Shown here one piece after another: positions 11,161 through 23,729 of a stretch of 64,000 nucleotides of DNA; within the stretch, counting starts at the first letter, position 1; the number at the start of each line of letters is the position of its first letter. The DNA is from Raillietiella orientalis (taxonomy: Eukaryota): the NCBI GenBank assembly GCA_036172245.1, contig JAYWIR010000003.1:3844001-3908000 (forward strand). The letters run 5' to 3'. Both the position numbers and the translations under genes were made by a program. Under the pieces are notes generated by a model. It made no database searches and was not told where the DNA came from. It was given only the letters and a program-made list of their open reading frames with translations.

Positions 11161-14100
11161 GAGCTCAACCTGGATGCCGCACAAATCCGATTGTGGCTAT
11201 CGAATGGGCAGTTTTCGACGAGAGGAACGATGCGATAACTTCTCCGTTCACCTCCAGTCCACCACCAGGAAGTCATCAAGCATGCTGAGAGCACCGTCCG
11301 CTCCGGTTTTTCGGCAGGTAAATCCATTGCAAGAAAGCGGAATCAGAAGCTGGGAACGCGAGGGAGGATGCAGACCAACTGGACTAGCGCTTCCCGCATC
11401 TGCATTCCCCCTAGGAGTGATCTCTTCCCAGAAGATTCAGACAAACCTCCATGCTTGCAAATGGCACTCCTAAATCGCTGACGAGGCCGGGAGAAAGAGC
11501 TCCTGCTCACGGAAGGGAAACCGCAGCAAACCCCGTCATCTGCAGCACTCAGTAACGCTGAGATGCAGTCCTGGTGAGACTCGAGACAACTCTCGTTTCT
11601 CCCGAGCCTCCTCGCGCTGATCCGAGGGGTCGCTGGTAGCGAAGTAGAAATCTCCAACTAAGGAGTGCGCCCAATCAGTGGAAGAGACAGACGAAGGTGA
11701 TTCTCATGAGTTTGGTGGAAGCGCTCGAATGCGATGATGACGTCTGTCTACAAATCTGAAGGGAATTCCGTGGTTTCGGGATGTTCCGAGCACACTGTGC
11801 AAGGCAAGATCAAGCGGAGGTCCAGAAGAGAAAGCAGTGCATGCAGAGGAACTGGAATCAGGTTCTGGAGTCCATTTGCGTAGTTGAATCGGAGATCCTG
11901 AGTGTGAAAGCTCAGCCCAAGACCAGAGCCTTCACGCCTTCCAGTTTCCTCTTGAAAAGTATGTTTAAATCAGCGAAGAAAATTTCCTGGTTGCATCACA
12001 AAAAGAGACCCGCTCCTTTCCGTCAAACCAAACATGCTACTTTATCGAGATTGGTTATTAAATGATCAACGTTTGAAGGAAGAAATGGCAGCCAAAGCAA
12101 AACAGCCCAGAATCAAAATGAGTTGCGTCCTGTACAACTTGCTCCAATGAAACTAAGAGCAAAATCGGGACGAGCCGTTGAAGACCATTTGATGCTCTTC
12201 AGTGCACTCATTCCTGCAATGCATTCTCTTCTGAACGAGAAAGAGTGTTTATCCACCCTGTTTTGATTATTTCGAAGGATGGAGTGGCTATCTAATTCTT
12301 TCTTTATCATTCCGAACTCTATCAATCGAAGAAGTGATGACAGTCCGATGGAGAAAGAATGAGCGCAGATGATACTCATCAAGCCTTTTTTTGCAGCATT
12401 CAAATATGTTAGATGAAAGGAACGTTTTTTTGTGGGTTCACTAAGACACTCAGTGTTTGAGCAGTTTGTGACACTGCAAGGAGAGAAAGTACAAGATTTC
12501 TAGCATTTTTTCTCTCTTTCTTAGGGAGGAGGAGTGCTTCTCCTGCAAGATCAATTTCACATGCAGTGAGGAGGAGTCAAGGGGACAAAAAGGAAGGAGA
12601 AAAACACAGTAGGGTTCCCAATGTAAATTTATCTGGATAACAAAAAGGCTGCGATCTTTTTTAAGAGGAGCAGAGAAATTTCGAAATCCAGCGAATGAGC
12701 GTAACCAGGGAAGGCGTATGAAGAAAGCGAACATCTGCAAGGAGAAAACTTCCAAGAAAAGCTGATAGGTCAAAGCAACCACAGTAAAAGGCTGTGCATG
12801 TCAAACAAGGAGGAAGAAACTGAAATCATGTAACAGGGAAGAAATGAAATCATGCCTCCTGAAATCGCGAGCATAGAAATTCAACTTGAATTTGTTCTCC
12901 CTCTCTCTCTTTTTTTTATTTGATTTTAGTTTAGTTTTGTATCTTTCAAAAACTTGACCAAACACCACAAGTCGCCTCCATTCCATCCGCATCCCCATCG
13001 TGATCCTTATTGCTAGGACCACAATCAAGTGATCCTTGGTTGTCATCTGATTCTTTGCCGATTCAGCTTCCCGTCGTCATGATAGTAAGTTGTCTTTTCT
13101 GACTGCAGCAGGCACTATCGCCCGGATGATACAGCTTGCAATTCCAACTGATTGATAGAAGTAATGAGCAAACTTACTGAGTCTTTTAATCATTGACAAG
13201 TACGGGGACTGCTCATTCATGAATCATAGATGATTCAGCTACACTTCGAATTTGAACCGATCATTGAAGTTTTGCAAAAATTCAATGGATTTTTGTGATT
13301 CCTTAGAGGTCATCATTCTAGCTTCCCACAACTGACCGTAAAGACAGCAATGTTTCATATAAAAGATGCATCATCAAAAGCGACGTATCAGTTTGAGGCC
13401 AGTATCCGTATCGAATGAACTGGACTTTCCTCAGGACGATCAATCAGCACGCAATTCTCTAAATATTCCAATTTTCTAAATGTGCTTCACTTTGTAAAGA
13501 AAAAAAAAAAAAAACAATTATCAGGACGTGAATGCACATCGCTGTTCTCCCTCTCCTTTCCCACCTATCTTCACATAAATACATGCTGCAAATTTGCGGG
13601 ATGATGATATTTTTGCTGCCACTTTTTTGCTACTGAATGACAGGGACTGCTTCCTTGAGAAGCCAAAGACTTCTGCTTGAAACCTTTTCCTTGTTTTCTT
13701 CACCGTTTTCTTCAGAGTGTAAGGAAATTTCTTTAGTTTTCACCCTGGTTTGCAGGGCCGTTCATCGTAAAAAAATAAAATAAATAAATATTCATAATAA
13801 TAAATAGTCACGAATTCTTTGCTGTTTGTATCCGGGTTCGAATCCCTCTACGTCGGTGGACGCCGAGGAAGCATTTCTACTTTCAAGTTGTTTCTGCTTC
13901 CTCCTTTCAAGTAGCATGCCGAGAAAGGCTCGCAATCGGGAATCCGAGCAATAGGAGGCAAGCAGACACACACAAAGAGAATCAAGGAAACAAACGATAA
14001 AGGAATTGAAAATTTTGAATAAAAGGGTGGGGAGAAAGAACGGTTCCTTGCTGGCGTCCTTACCATCCTTTCCGGGATATCGGTAAGTTCCTCTTTTTGC

Positions 14101-14449
14101 TGTCGTAATGTGATGGGATGAATGAGACCACTTCATTAGTGTGATGAAGGAGACCACGATCGGCAACGCATCTCCAGACTGCTGGTCTCTTTTGCTGCGG
14201 CTTCTAGCTGCCAGGGCTCCACAGGAGCAGCACAGTGCGATCATCGCCGCAGGCGACATTCCACCATGCACAAAGAGGTGACTGGGCGCTCGTTTAAGGT
14301 TGTCCGTTGGGAGCTGGAAGACCTTCGCAAAAGCGTTCCCATACACTCTGGAGAGATCCAGTCGGAAGGGTTTCCCGTTCTCCTCACCTGGCACAGCCCA
14401 ATACAACATTTGCAACGCCGAGTCTTGCCACTCCAGGAGAAGCACGGAA

Positions 14450-15070
14450 CCGTTTAGAAATACCGCCGGGACGCGGACTGCATACAAGGGAACTTCCAGG
14501 AGATCCACCCGGCGGAGAAGACCTTTGGGATGGGTTGCAGAGGTGGATAAGTCGGCTGGTTGATGCGCCGTGCAAAATTCCAACAATTTTTGCTTTCCTG
14601 TGATTTTGCAGGTCGCCTCCCAGCTTAGCGGCTGGTCACTGTCATTACCCCGGAGGAATGGCAACGCTGATGCAAGTGATGTTCCTTCACCCCACGCGTT
14701 CTTCCTGGGGCTTTCGACGATTTTCTGCAATGAGCAACGAGCACAATGGGAGCGGTGCAGAGGCCGCGACTGCTCTGGGCTCCTGACGTTTATTTCCACC
14801 CATGTTCGAGAGATTTCCAGTTTCCAAGCACTGCTGTTGTTAAGTGAGCAGATCTACGCATAGTCCTGCACCAGGGTAGCCATCTGCCGAAGCTCATACC
14901 CGCGTTGGGGAAGTCTCTCGTGGTTGCGAACGAGGAAGAATATCAGTACCTCTGAGCCGGCTGATCGCTTGGCCAGGAATCGTGCTGGAACTCACCAGTG
15001 GGTGTTCCAGTATCTTACTGCCAGTGTCAGTCCTCTGAGCTGCAGCTAACGTTCCATCCGCTCCAGCCTC
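14450..15070 (-). mobile_element. Decayed non-LTR retrotransposon APE endonuclease (RTE-like)
   Basis: Minus-strand motifs in order: GWNV, SRLRGTDIL...RET, KLLEFCTAHQ...THP (~WNV, DI..LQET, LLEFC..H.L..NT.F.HP). Confidence 0.35.
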
Positions 15071-16366
15071 ATTAGACTAGGTCAACCGACGCAGAGCACG
15101 CCAGCGTTTCAAGCGAACACGCGATCTCCTTGTGCCCCAAAGAGCCTTTCTCAGGAGGTTCTCTGTTCTTTTTTGAATTTCATCCGAGACAGTACAGACA
15201 AAAAGCGAGGGACGGAGGATGGGACCACAAAGCGGCCTCAAAGAAATTTCTTTACAGTAATCGGCAACTTGCATTTTGTTGAAGTATATCTATCCAAGAA
15301 GAATCCACAGTAAACAAAAGGAAAATAATGATTAACAGTGCCTTGCGATTGTACAAATATAAGGAAAAAAAAATACGCCTTTTAATACCTCCAGCATACT
15401 TAGTGAAAAGACCAACTTTTTACAATTCATGTGCAAAGTGCGTCTAAAATTCAGGAGAATTGGATTTCAGTGCAGAAATATGTATATATATCTCTGCGTA
15501 ACAAGTAGCAAAACGAAATAGCAAATACGTTTTGTTCCGCTATATATTTGGAAACAAAGCTATATCTCCATCCATATATAAACGAAGTGTGCCCTTATTC
15601 TAAGCCCTAATAATATTATCTTTTTTTGGAGCAAATCTGATTTATAGCTGATCTTCCAAAATGCGAATGTTCGCAAGCACAACTACAACCATACTGCTTT
15701 TCGCAAAATCTGAGGACTTCTGTTATCATAAAGCTATTGAGTTCATTTAGATTAAAATTTCCATTTCCCTTGAAATATTTGCATATATTCAAAATAATCG
15801 CCAATCTTCTTTGGTAATAAATTATATTACGATTTTCTTCAAAACCTCGAAAAGAGTTCCCATCAGTGCTAAATTTTTTAAAAAATGTTCGTTAGGTTAA
15901 ATCACTTTTAAGTACCATTTATAGTGAGTTCCGGATAAAAACAGCATGTGTTGCCGTAAGACAAGGTGCTCTCAATGATTTACGGTCCGTAGTTATGGCA
16001 GCAGCCATCTTATTGTTTGAGCCATGTAACCATTGTGCTTAATGCTGCAGAACATAAATGATTCAAATTCATTTAGTAGGAATTGAAAATTGAAAGCAAG
16101 ATACTCATACATTCATAGTGTTAAAACAGAATCTTGAAATTCCTGCCAAAAAATTGTCATTTTGTTTATCTATATTTATATAAAATTCATCCATTTGATG
16201 TGCGTAAATAACTTGGTACTTCCGTAAAAGCTTGAATAGAGTTAATGATGAATGGTATTAATAGTAAAATGTGAAACCTGCATGTTGCAAATGAAATCAT
16301 CTAGTTTCGTGATTCCGAACAATTTATTTTTATATTTGAGGTCCTGTCCCCTGGCGACTTTCGAAC

Positions 16367-17044
16367 ATGACTGCAGACTTGGTATGTACATATATATTTT
16401 TAAAAAATAGCGAAATCCTTCTGGTTTGTAAGTACTGTGACCCAATAAATTTCATCAAATCAAAGTTATTCAATATTCAGTTTCGTGATTGCATAAATAA
16501 ATATGTAATCTGTTTCGACTGCAATGGTAATTTATGTTAAATTTGCCCACAGGACCGAAAGACATTGGTGGATCAAGCATGTAAAGCAGCTGAAGAGTTT
16601 ACAAAAGTATATTATGAATGTTGGGACAAACGACGATATGTAGTACTCACCAGTTTTGAAAGCAAAGTTTACAGACATGATTTTAGATGTTGGAAAAATT
16701 ATATCTTGAAAATGCAAGTTTGGTTTGGAATGGAAATGGAATTCAAGGAAGAGAAGCAGTAAAAAAATTTGTTGAAACTTTGCCATCCAGTGAGCACACT
16801 ATTACTTCTATTGACTGCCAACCTGTATTAGGTAAATTATGATGCCATGCTTCTCTTTTTTACATTTACATTAGATGAAGCTGTACACAGCCAGGCAACC
16901 ATCATTATCCTAACTGCAGGCTTTGTCAAACTTCAGAATCGAAGTTCAATTCCCTTCCAACAGCACTTTATGGTGACATCTCTTGAGAACAAATGGAAAG
17001 TGGTATCTGATTGTTTCCGTTTTCAAGAGGTTGTGAAAAAGTGA
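16367..17044 (+). CDS. NXT1: NTF2-related export protein (NXT1/NXT2, p15), 138 aa
   Basis: Exons 16367-16381, 16553-16639, 16687-16831, 16875-17044 with GT-AG introns. Protein [26 protein letters not shown]...LVWNGN...LPSSEH...IDCQPV...[12 protein letters not shown] matches the NXT family. AATAAA immediately follows the stop. Confidence 0.93.
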
Positions 17045-19691
17045 ATAAAAAGTGCTATGCATTTTATTACTACAACTTTGGCTTTGATTTTAATATCTCA
17101 ATGGATTATATTACTGACAACAAATTTGATAATAAGAAACGGTCCCTAGAATTTGGAGCTTATGTTGCAAACATCTGTAGGCTGCACATATTTTTGAAGA
17201 CAGACAAACTCTTATTCTGAAACCTGTAATGTTGTTTTATATGCAATGAAATTTTGTCCTCAGTAAGTAAAATGCTTTTACTTACTGAGGGAAAAAAGTT
17301 AACATTCGATGATGCTTTGGTAACATGGCAATGTTGTATCCATGTGCATGCTATAACCACTAATACAAATGATTTCAAAATAAGCTCAAATGCTTTCAAC
17401 CCATAGATGAAAACACAAAGTTTTCTTACATGTGTGCAACAATTAATCTAATAAAATATACATTAGCAAATTCTAAAGTTGTCCAACTTCTCTACATGTT
17501 TATTTCCTCACAAATGAGCCTTGTTTTTGATAGATGATTCCAAAAACAATGATTTGTAGTTTCCCTGGTGAAACATTATAATTGATTGTCAATCATAAGA
17601 TTGTAAAGGCTGGAGTTTCATTTTTTCTAATATGTTGAACCATAAAATTAAAGCAAGAAATCTGTACAGTAATTTTAAAATTGCAAACCCAAAAACTGCC
17701 CAGAAACTCTACCGCACTGAATAACTTGTCTGCTCTCTTAATTTGCTACTGTTTAACATGATACTATGACTTTATGGTGAAAACGAAAAAAGTTCTAAGT
17801 ATGATCAAGCACACTGAAGAGTTCCACAAATTCCATCATTCTTTCCAATACCAACCAAACGAAACTGAACTTTCCAATAGCATTCGGAGAATACAAGAGA
17901 ATCTTAATTAGCACATTGAAATTTAAGATACGAAAATTTCACCGCTTATTCTGCCGGTGTTGTACTTTTGCACTTGGATTTCACGCAAGTTTCCTTTTTA
18001 CGTTTCAGGCCTTGAAGTTATTTTTTTTTCCATTTATTCAGGCGACCGGAAACGAGTTTTTATGACACCACACTGCTGTTTGCCTGACCGCCCGTCATTC
18101 CTCGTTTTGCTTAATGAATGCTATGGATATTGTAATTCAAAGTGCTCGAAAGTCACGCTGTTTTCCCTGCTATCACTGACAAAATGCAAAAAATTTTCTG
18201 ATTACCCCTTGTTCCTCAAATTCCTTTCCACTTTACGTAACCAACTTTTCGCGTTCCGTGCTTCCAGGGGAACACATTCCCAGATTTGCAAGGCCAAGGG
18301 ACAGAGGGCCAGAAAATAGGAGGGACCGGTAGTGAATGAACTTCCAAGCAGCAGTGTCACTGAATATCAGCAGCCCCCCCACGCGTGAGGACTGTCACAA
18401 GTTCCAATTCAGGCGCACGGAAATATGTCTCACGGCGAGCAATTTTGGCTTTGCACGCAAGTTTCATGAAGAAAAAGACTCTACCCTACTTGTGATATAA
18501 AGAACTCATTTTGTGGTTTCCACTATGATTTTCATCTCGTGAAATTGCCCGTCTTCCTGCATTCTGGAAATCGGTGCTACTATCCTGAAATGGAGTAATC
18601 CAGTACTCCGGTCCAGAATTTTCAAGTAATTTAGCTCTCACGCTGGATTTCAATGCTAGCGGCTACGTTTTGTGTTAAATGTTATCCTCTATTTCTCCTT
18701 GGAGTTTCCCTCTCTTTGTTGCAGTTAATTATTCACACTACATTCGAAAGAATTCACGGGAAACACTATAGAAATACCTCTGTCAACTGAATTCCATTTT
18801 TAATTTTTTCATCTTTACTTATTTCATGGTTGCTTTTTTAAGGATGTTTTGCTGTCGTGTACAAATACACTATTTAAGTTCTCTCCATCTATGCACATAT
18901 TGTACATATAATCTTCTTACATAGTATACACATACCCTAATATTTATATGATGTATTTGCATGGAAGCATGTACTTTCACTTGGAATAGAAAAATTCATT
19001 TACTACTTTATTCTAATAAAAAGATGATAATTTTCTTTCTAACAATTTTTATCGAGTCCTATTTGATAATTTCAGTATGAATGCATTTTCGTTTAGCTTT
19101 CTTTCTATCTTAGTTGAACCGTTTCTCCTGCATTACTTTGTAATTTCTGCCAAAGTAAACGCAAATAGAAACAGAACTTTGTGGTAACCAGGAAAAAAAG
19201 TTCCTCCAAATTGAGTTTTTCAAGTTGTGAAACCAAATAAACATTAATCCTTGTAATCATATTCTTGAACATATATTCTTCTTATAATATACACATTTCC
19301 TAATATTTATATGATGTACTTGCGGCATCCCTGTAATCATATTCTTCGATGTGTGCATTTTGTGCTTAATTCATTATTTTGCACATGAGTTATCGTGCAG
19401 CAATTTAGTACGTGTTTCGTTTTCCATATAGCATATGCTCAATGTGCTATTTATCTCGACTGTTTCAGCGTTTTGACCAATATGTTGTGTTATGGAAGGC
19501 TCATTCAAAGTTGTGCTATAAATAAGAACGGTTACAATTTATGCCTTATTTATTTTGGGGTACCATGTTTTGCAGTCTATTTAATATTACGATTTGATTC
19601 GAGAAATTGGTTTAAGTGATTAGGTATCGTAGAACTGATTGTGAATGCTAGATGAAAACCGCGTGCAGTTAACAGATCCTCCAAAACAGCC

Positions 19692-20467
19692 ATGGTTTTG
19701 AGGTTGAGGAATGGTCAGCTGATAAAAGGTAAAGGCGATGGTAGAAAACCTTATCCGCCTGGTGAGCCTGTAAGATTAGTCAGCAAATTCCCATTTAAAC
19801 TGAAGGATTATGTAGTATCAAGAAAAGCTCCCTTGGATTCAGGTGTGTTTCTTTGTACTGTTTCATGTGATGTTTTATTTTTATTTTGTTACAGTTGCAA
19901 TTATCACATCTCACTTGACATTAAATGTAACTTCAATGGCCTTCTCGGCCTTTTGGCAAAGATCAAAGTGTAGGCAGAGCTACAGCTGGTCCTAAATTCA
20001 CAATGTTGTAACTATTTCATTAATAAAAATCTGTTCTTATCAGCTTAATATCTGATATGCCACCTGGTGGCCAGTATATTGTACCTGCGTCGGCAGTACG
20101 TATACTAAATGTAACTTTAGTTCAAAAAACAAAACCAAAAACTAGTTAACAGAACAGTGTAATTGCATATTTGATTTGACAAACTTCATAACTTGTCTGA
20201 CCAAAATCTTTGGCATTTTAGCCACTTTATGTTTACAGCAAATGACGTCTTTGTTTCTGTGCCTTAAGAAGGCAGATTTTGAAGAAAAAAGATGCAGTAA
20301 AGAAGTTGAAGCATTCCAGAAATGCGTGGCAGATTCAAGGGTAAAATTATTTTGTCCATAAGATAACAATTTCTAGCTAACATAAGTAGTCTCAGCATGG
20401 AAGCAAGCAGCTTCTTGATGCTGCCACTGTGAACAAACTTCTTAAGTTGTATCCTCAGCCCAAATAA
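19692..20467 (+). CDS. CHCHD1: Coiled-coil-helix-coiled-coil-helix domain protein 1 (mitoribosomal mS37), 115 aa
   Basis: Exons 19692-19842, 20222-20340, 20390-20467. Basic N-terminus, twin CX9C (CLQQMTSLFLC...CSKEVEAFQKC) and C-terminal VNKLLKLYP as in CHCHD1. ctaac branch point in intron 2. Confidence 0.85.
19936..20080 (+). pseudogene. U2: Split, 3'-truncated U2 snRNA copy in CHCHD1 intron 1
   Basis: cttctcggccttttggcaaagatcaaagtgtag (to 19973), then ~54 nt of unrelated sequence, then atctgttcttatcagcttaatatctgata (stem IIa), gccacctggtggc (stem IIb) and cagtatatt. No Sm site or recognisable stem III. Confidence 0.88.
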
Positions 20468-21363
20468 AATGGAACTATAAAACGTCATCTTGCTTGTATG
20501 TTACTAAAGCTTATTTATTCAAATGAATTCAAGTGTAGAGTTTACATTTGTAGCTGCTTACATTTCAATTATCTTAAAGGAAATTTAGCACACAGCACTG
20601 TAAAATGTAGGTTTTTCAACTGTTACCATGTCTAATGAAAATATCCAATATGTTCACTAATAGAGATTTTGGAAGCCAGTTGAAGTATATATAAGAATTC
20701 ACTTATATTAGAAAACAAGGGCACAAAGTAGAAATGGTTTTAATAGTTCCATTTATGGTCTGTTAGTGATTTGGCTGTAACCTTGGTGATTGCATTCCTT
20801 CCCAAATACCTCAGATTGCATATACCTTCAAATACCATGCATAGCTAATATGATTCTGGTCAGCATGGATGAAGTTCAGGTTAATCTGGTTCATGCCATA
20901 CAAAGTCAATTTGGTACCATAGGTATGAGATAAGTAAGCATTATGTTAGATTGACAATGCTGCATCCACACCATACCTGCAGATTTTTTATGTGCAGTTT
21001 CATTTTGTACCAGCTGGAGCCTTCATGCTAACTGTACCCTTCCAACTTCTGTTGCTGTTGTCTGCATAACAACAAGGTAACAATAACTCAAATCACATGT
21101 GAATGCCCAGAGTAGGAGCAGTAATTTCTTCTACTTGTCTTCAAGTTTTGTTTTGACTGGTTTTCCAACTGCAGTAACATGAAAGTTTTTGCATCTTGTG
21201 ATTCTCACAAGCACAACTTTCATAAATATTTCGAAATTTATTCTGTTACGAAAGATTAAGCAAGCAAACGTTTACAGAAAATGGTTTTGATTGACCTACA
21301 CAGTTTAATTCAGTTTTAACATCAGTTGACTATCTGTTTTGACCTCATGCTTTTGCTTGAAAA

Positions 21364-22293
21364 TATGCCAAAGAAAATGGCTGCACAACCAAGAATATGT
21401 AAATGGAAATAAAGAAAAGAATAAAATTATCCGAAATAGGCTTTTGACTGTTTAACTTATCAATCTACATAACCAAAAATCAAAATACTCTGTTTTCTAA
21501 GATTATTCAGCTATCAGAAGATATTAGGTTGTACAAATACATTTGATTCTTGAGTGTGATCTCATTGCTCACCACAGAAAAATGTAAAATTATCTTTAAA
21601 ACAAATAGTTCCAAGGAACTGTTTTATAATTAAAACTGTCAGGAGTAGAAGTCTTTGAATGTTCTATCAAAGAACAAAACTGGGCTGGTAACAGCATACA
21701 CATTATACAGTGCACATTGCTAAAATGGGAAACTCGAATTCAGCAGGTGACTACAGATTTTCTACAATTTGGATTATAATGCCGATCCATTTTTACTATC
21801 CTTCCACAATTCCGATATTGTGATCAGCTGTACGTTTAAATGAAGCCTGCATGGTTTTGGGTAGAGGAGCTGCATGAAAAACACACAGACTTGAAATTCG
21901 CAAGGGGTGAAATTTTCGTGTGAAAATTCTTTGCGTTCAGAGTACTACACTACAACCCAGCAGGTTGTCAAAACTCTAATTGCTCTTGTGAAGTCCATTT
22001 AAACTACAGAAATCAACTGCTGCAATGAGGGCCAACTGTGATGAAGCCATGAATGGAACAGCTGGATGGCCTGGGGAGGACTGTGTTCCTATCCACAGTT
22101 ATATCGAAAGGCGCCTCTTTTAAAACCATTAAAAAAGGAAACCATAATGACAATTGCAGAGGATCCTCCAAAACGTTTCAACTTTCGCTGTGATGAAATT
22201 GGAAGCAGCGTTTACCATGCAAGTTTTCCATCTAAAATGCCCATGACCAAAATGGGGAGCTTCAAGTTTCCACCTCCAAAATTAGGAAACTAG
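21364..22293 (+). CDS. Possible small multi-exon gene of unknown function
   Basis: Several short AG...GT-bounded open segments and a protein-like ORF at 22066-22293 in a CpG-poor block. No complete model or family could be built. Confidence 0.2.
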
Positions 22294-22619
22294 GAAACTC
22301 TTTCCTTCTGACACCAAAGTGCAGACTTCAGGGAGGATTTGCACTTGACGTCGAAGAAGATCTATCCCTCAGGGAATCAATCCTTCAAAAAGGTTCAGGT
22401 TCCATAAGCAAATGCAAAAATCGATTAATCAGTTGAAATATATATATAAAGGATTCTTTTTGCAAAAATGCCTGTACATTTGAATTAATCTCAACTGAAG
22501 GAATCAACTGCTTGCTTCAGAAAGCCAAACAGTTCTCGTAGTAATTGGCAAGAGTTGGAAATGTTTCCATTTCCAACTCTTGTTCTGTCGGAAAAAGATC
22601 AGTTTTTCTCATTCCCACG

Positions 22620-23200
22620 TTGTGGTTGCATGAAAAACTGATGGGTTCTTTTGAAATATATTTTCTAAACATAAATTTGCAATCCTGTTTTTCAAGCCGG
22701 GCAGTTTTTTTCTTTCTTTTTTTTTTTGGCAGGGAAAACAGACCTTCCCCATGCTCTGTTCTCCAAATCATCATACTTCCCTTTTCGAAAGCTTCCATGA
22801 GCCTCTTTTTTTCCTTCCTCTCCCTCCCCCCCCCCCGTTTTCCCCATTCACGCGTTCTTTGTCTTTGTGAGCAGCTGAGAAAAATGACATAAAACGATGA
22901 GCGTGCAGGGAGGAGACACTTCTTGACTCTCACTGTGTTCCAAGATTTGGTGACTTCCCACGAAAAGTGTTCATCAAGCAGCCGGAATAATTTGTCACGA
23001 ATGGGATCTCCGTAGGAGTTCTGTTATGACCCTTTGCACCCTTGGGGATTTTATGGATCAAAAAGTAAATCATCCAGCTTTCATCGACCGGATAAAAATC
23101 ATGAACGAAGAGAAAATACGGGTAGCTTTGATAACGGAACCAAGGATGAGCTTCAGCGATCTGCTGAAGTTCAATCATCAACACCCTTGGTTTGTTCCTT
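22620..23200 (+). mobile_element. Decayed Penelope-like RT remnant
   Basis: Motifs in order: LMGSFEIYFLNINL (~LVSFDVxSLFTNI), TNGISVG..P..LGDFM (~DG.AMGSP.SP.LA.IFM), LLKFNHQHP (~FL..LN..HP). Confidence 0.3.
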
Positions 23201-23729
23201 GCAATGGTCGTTCAAACTCACCTGAATTTTAAAAAAAAAAAAAAAAAGGAAGAAATACCCACCGCAGTCGGTCCAGAATGTTAGATGCTGCGCGATTTAA
23301 ACGAGAGGTTCGTCCAGCCCTTTCGGAGGTGGCATCCTTCTGCACGATTCCACCGGATCGCTCTTCCCCCGCCCCAGATTGGGAGCAGTCCGCCCCCCCC
23401 CCCCCAGATGCCGACTGACTCCTTGGTATTCAGGCAGTGACCCGGCTTCCTGGACCCGACCCTCTCCGGCGTGCACGTTCACCTACCCCTGAGCAATGCC
23501 GTGCCGGCCGTCCCCAGCACGAGGGAGAGCCACGCAGCACGTGCGCGATAACGGCATGCGCGACCTCCTTTTCGAGTTGCGCGCTGTTGTGCGCCGCTAA
23601 CGGTCGCGTAGGGGGTGGCAGCGGTGGTGTACTGTTTACAAACACATTTTCCCCTCAAAGTCCCCGAGTTGTGGAAGCGTGTGCGTACCCGTCAGGATGT
23701 GCTCGTCGGCCGTCTAGAGGGGATCGGAA

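Noticed and set aside
13792..14799. 335-aa minus-strand ORF as a host gene
   Set aside because: Only decayed LINE endonuclease-like motifs are recognisable; the rest is not protein-like.
18900..19350. Short diverged direct repeats upstream of CHCHD1
   Set aside because: Two to three AT-rich partial duplications without regular spacing; not a CRISPR-like array and no evident function.
19974..20028. U2 insert as a spliceosomal intron restoring a functional U2
   Set aside because: Starts GC and ends AAAA with no AG acceptor, and the U2 copy lacks the Sm site and stem III.
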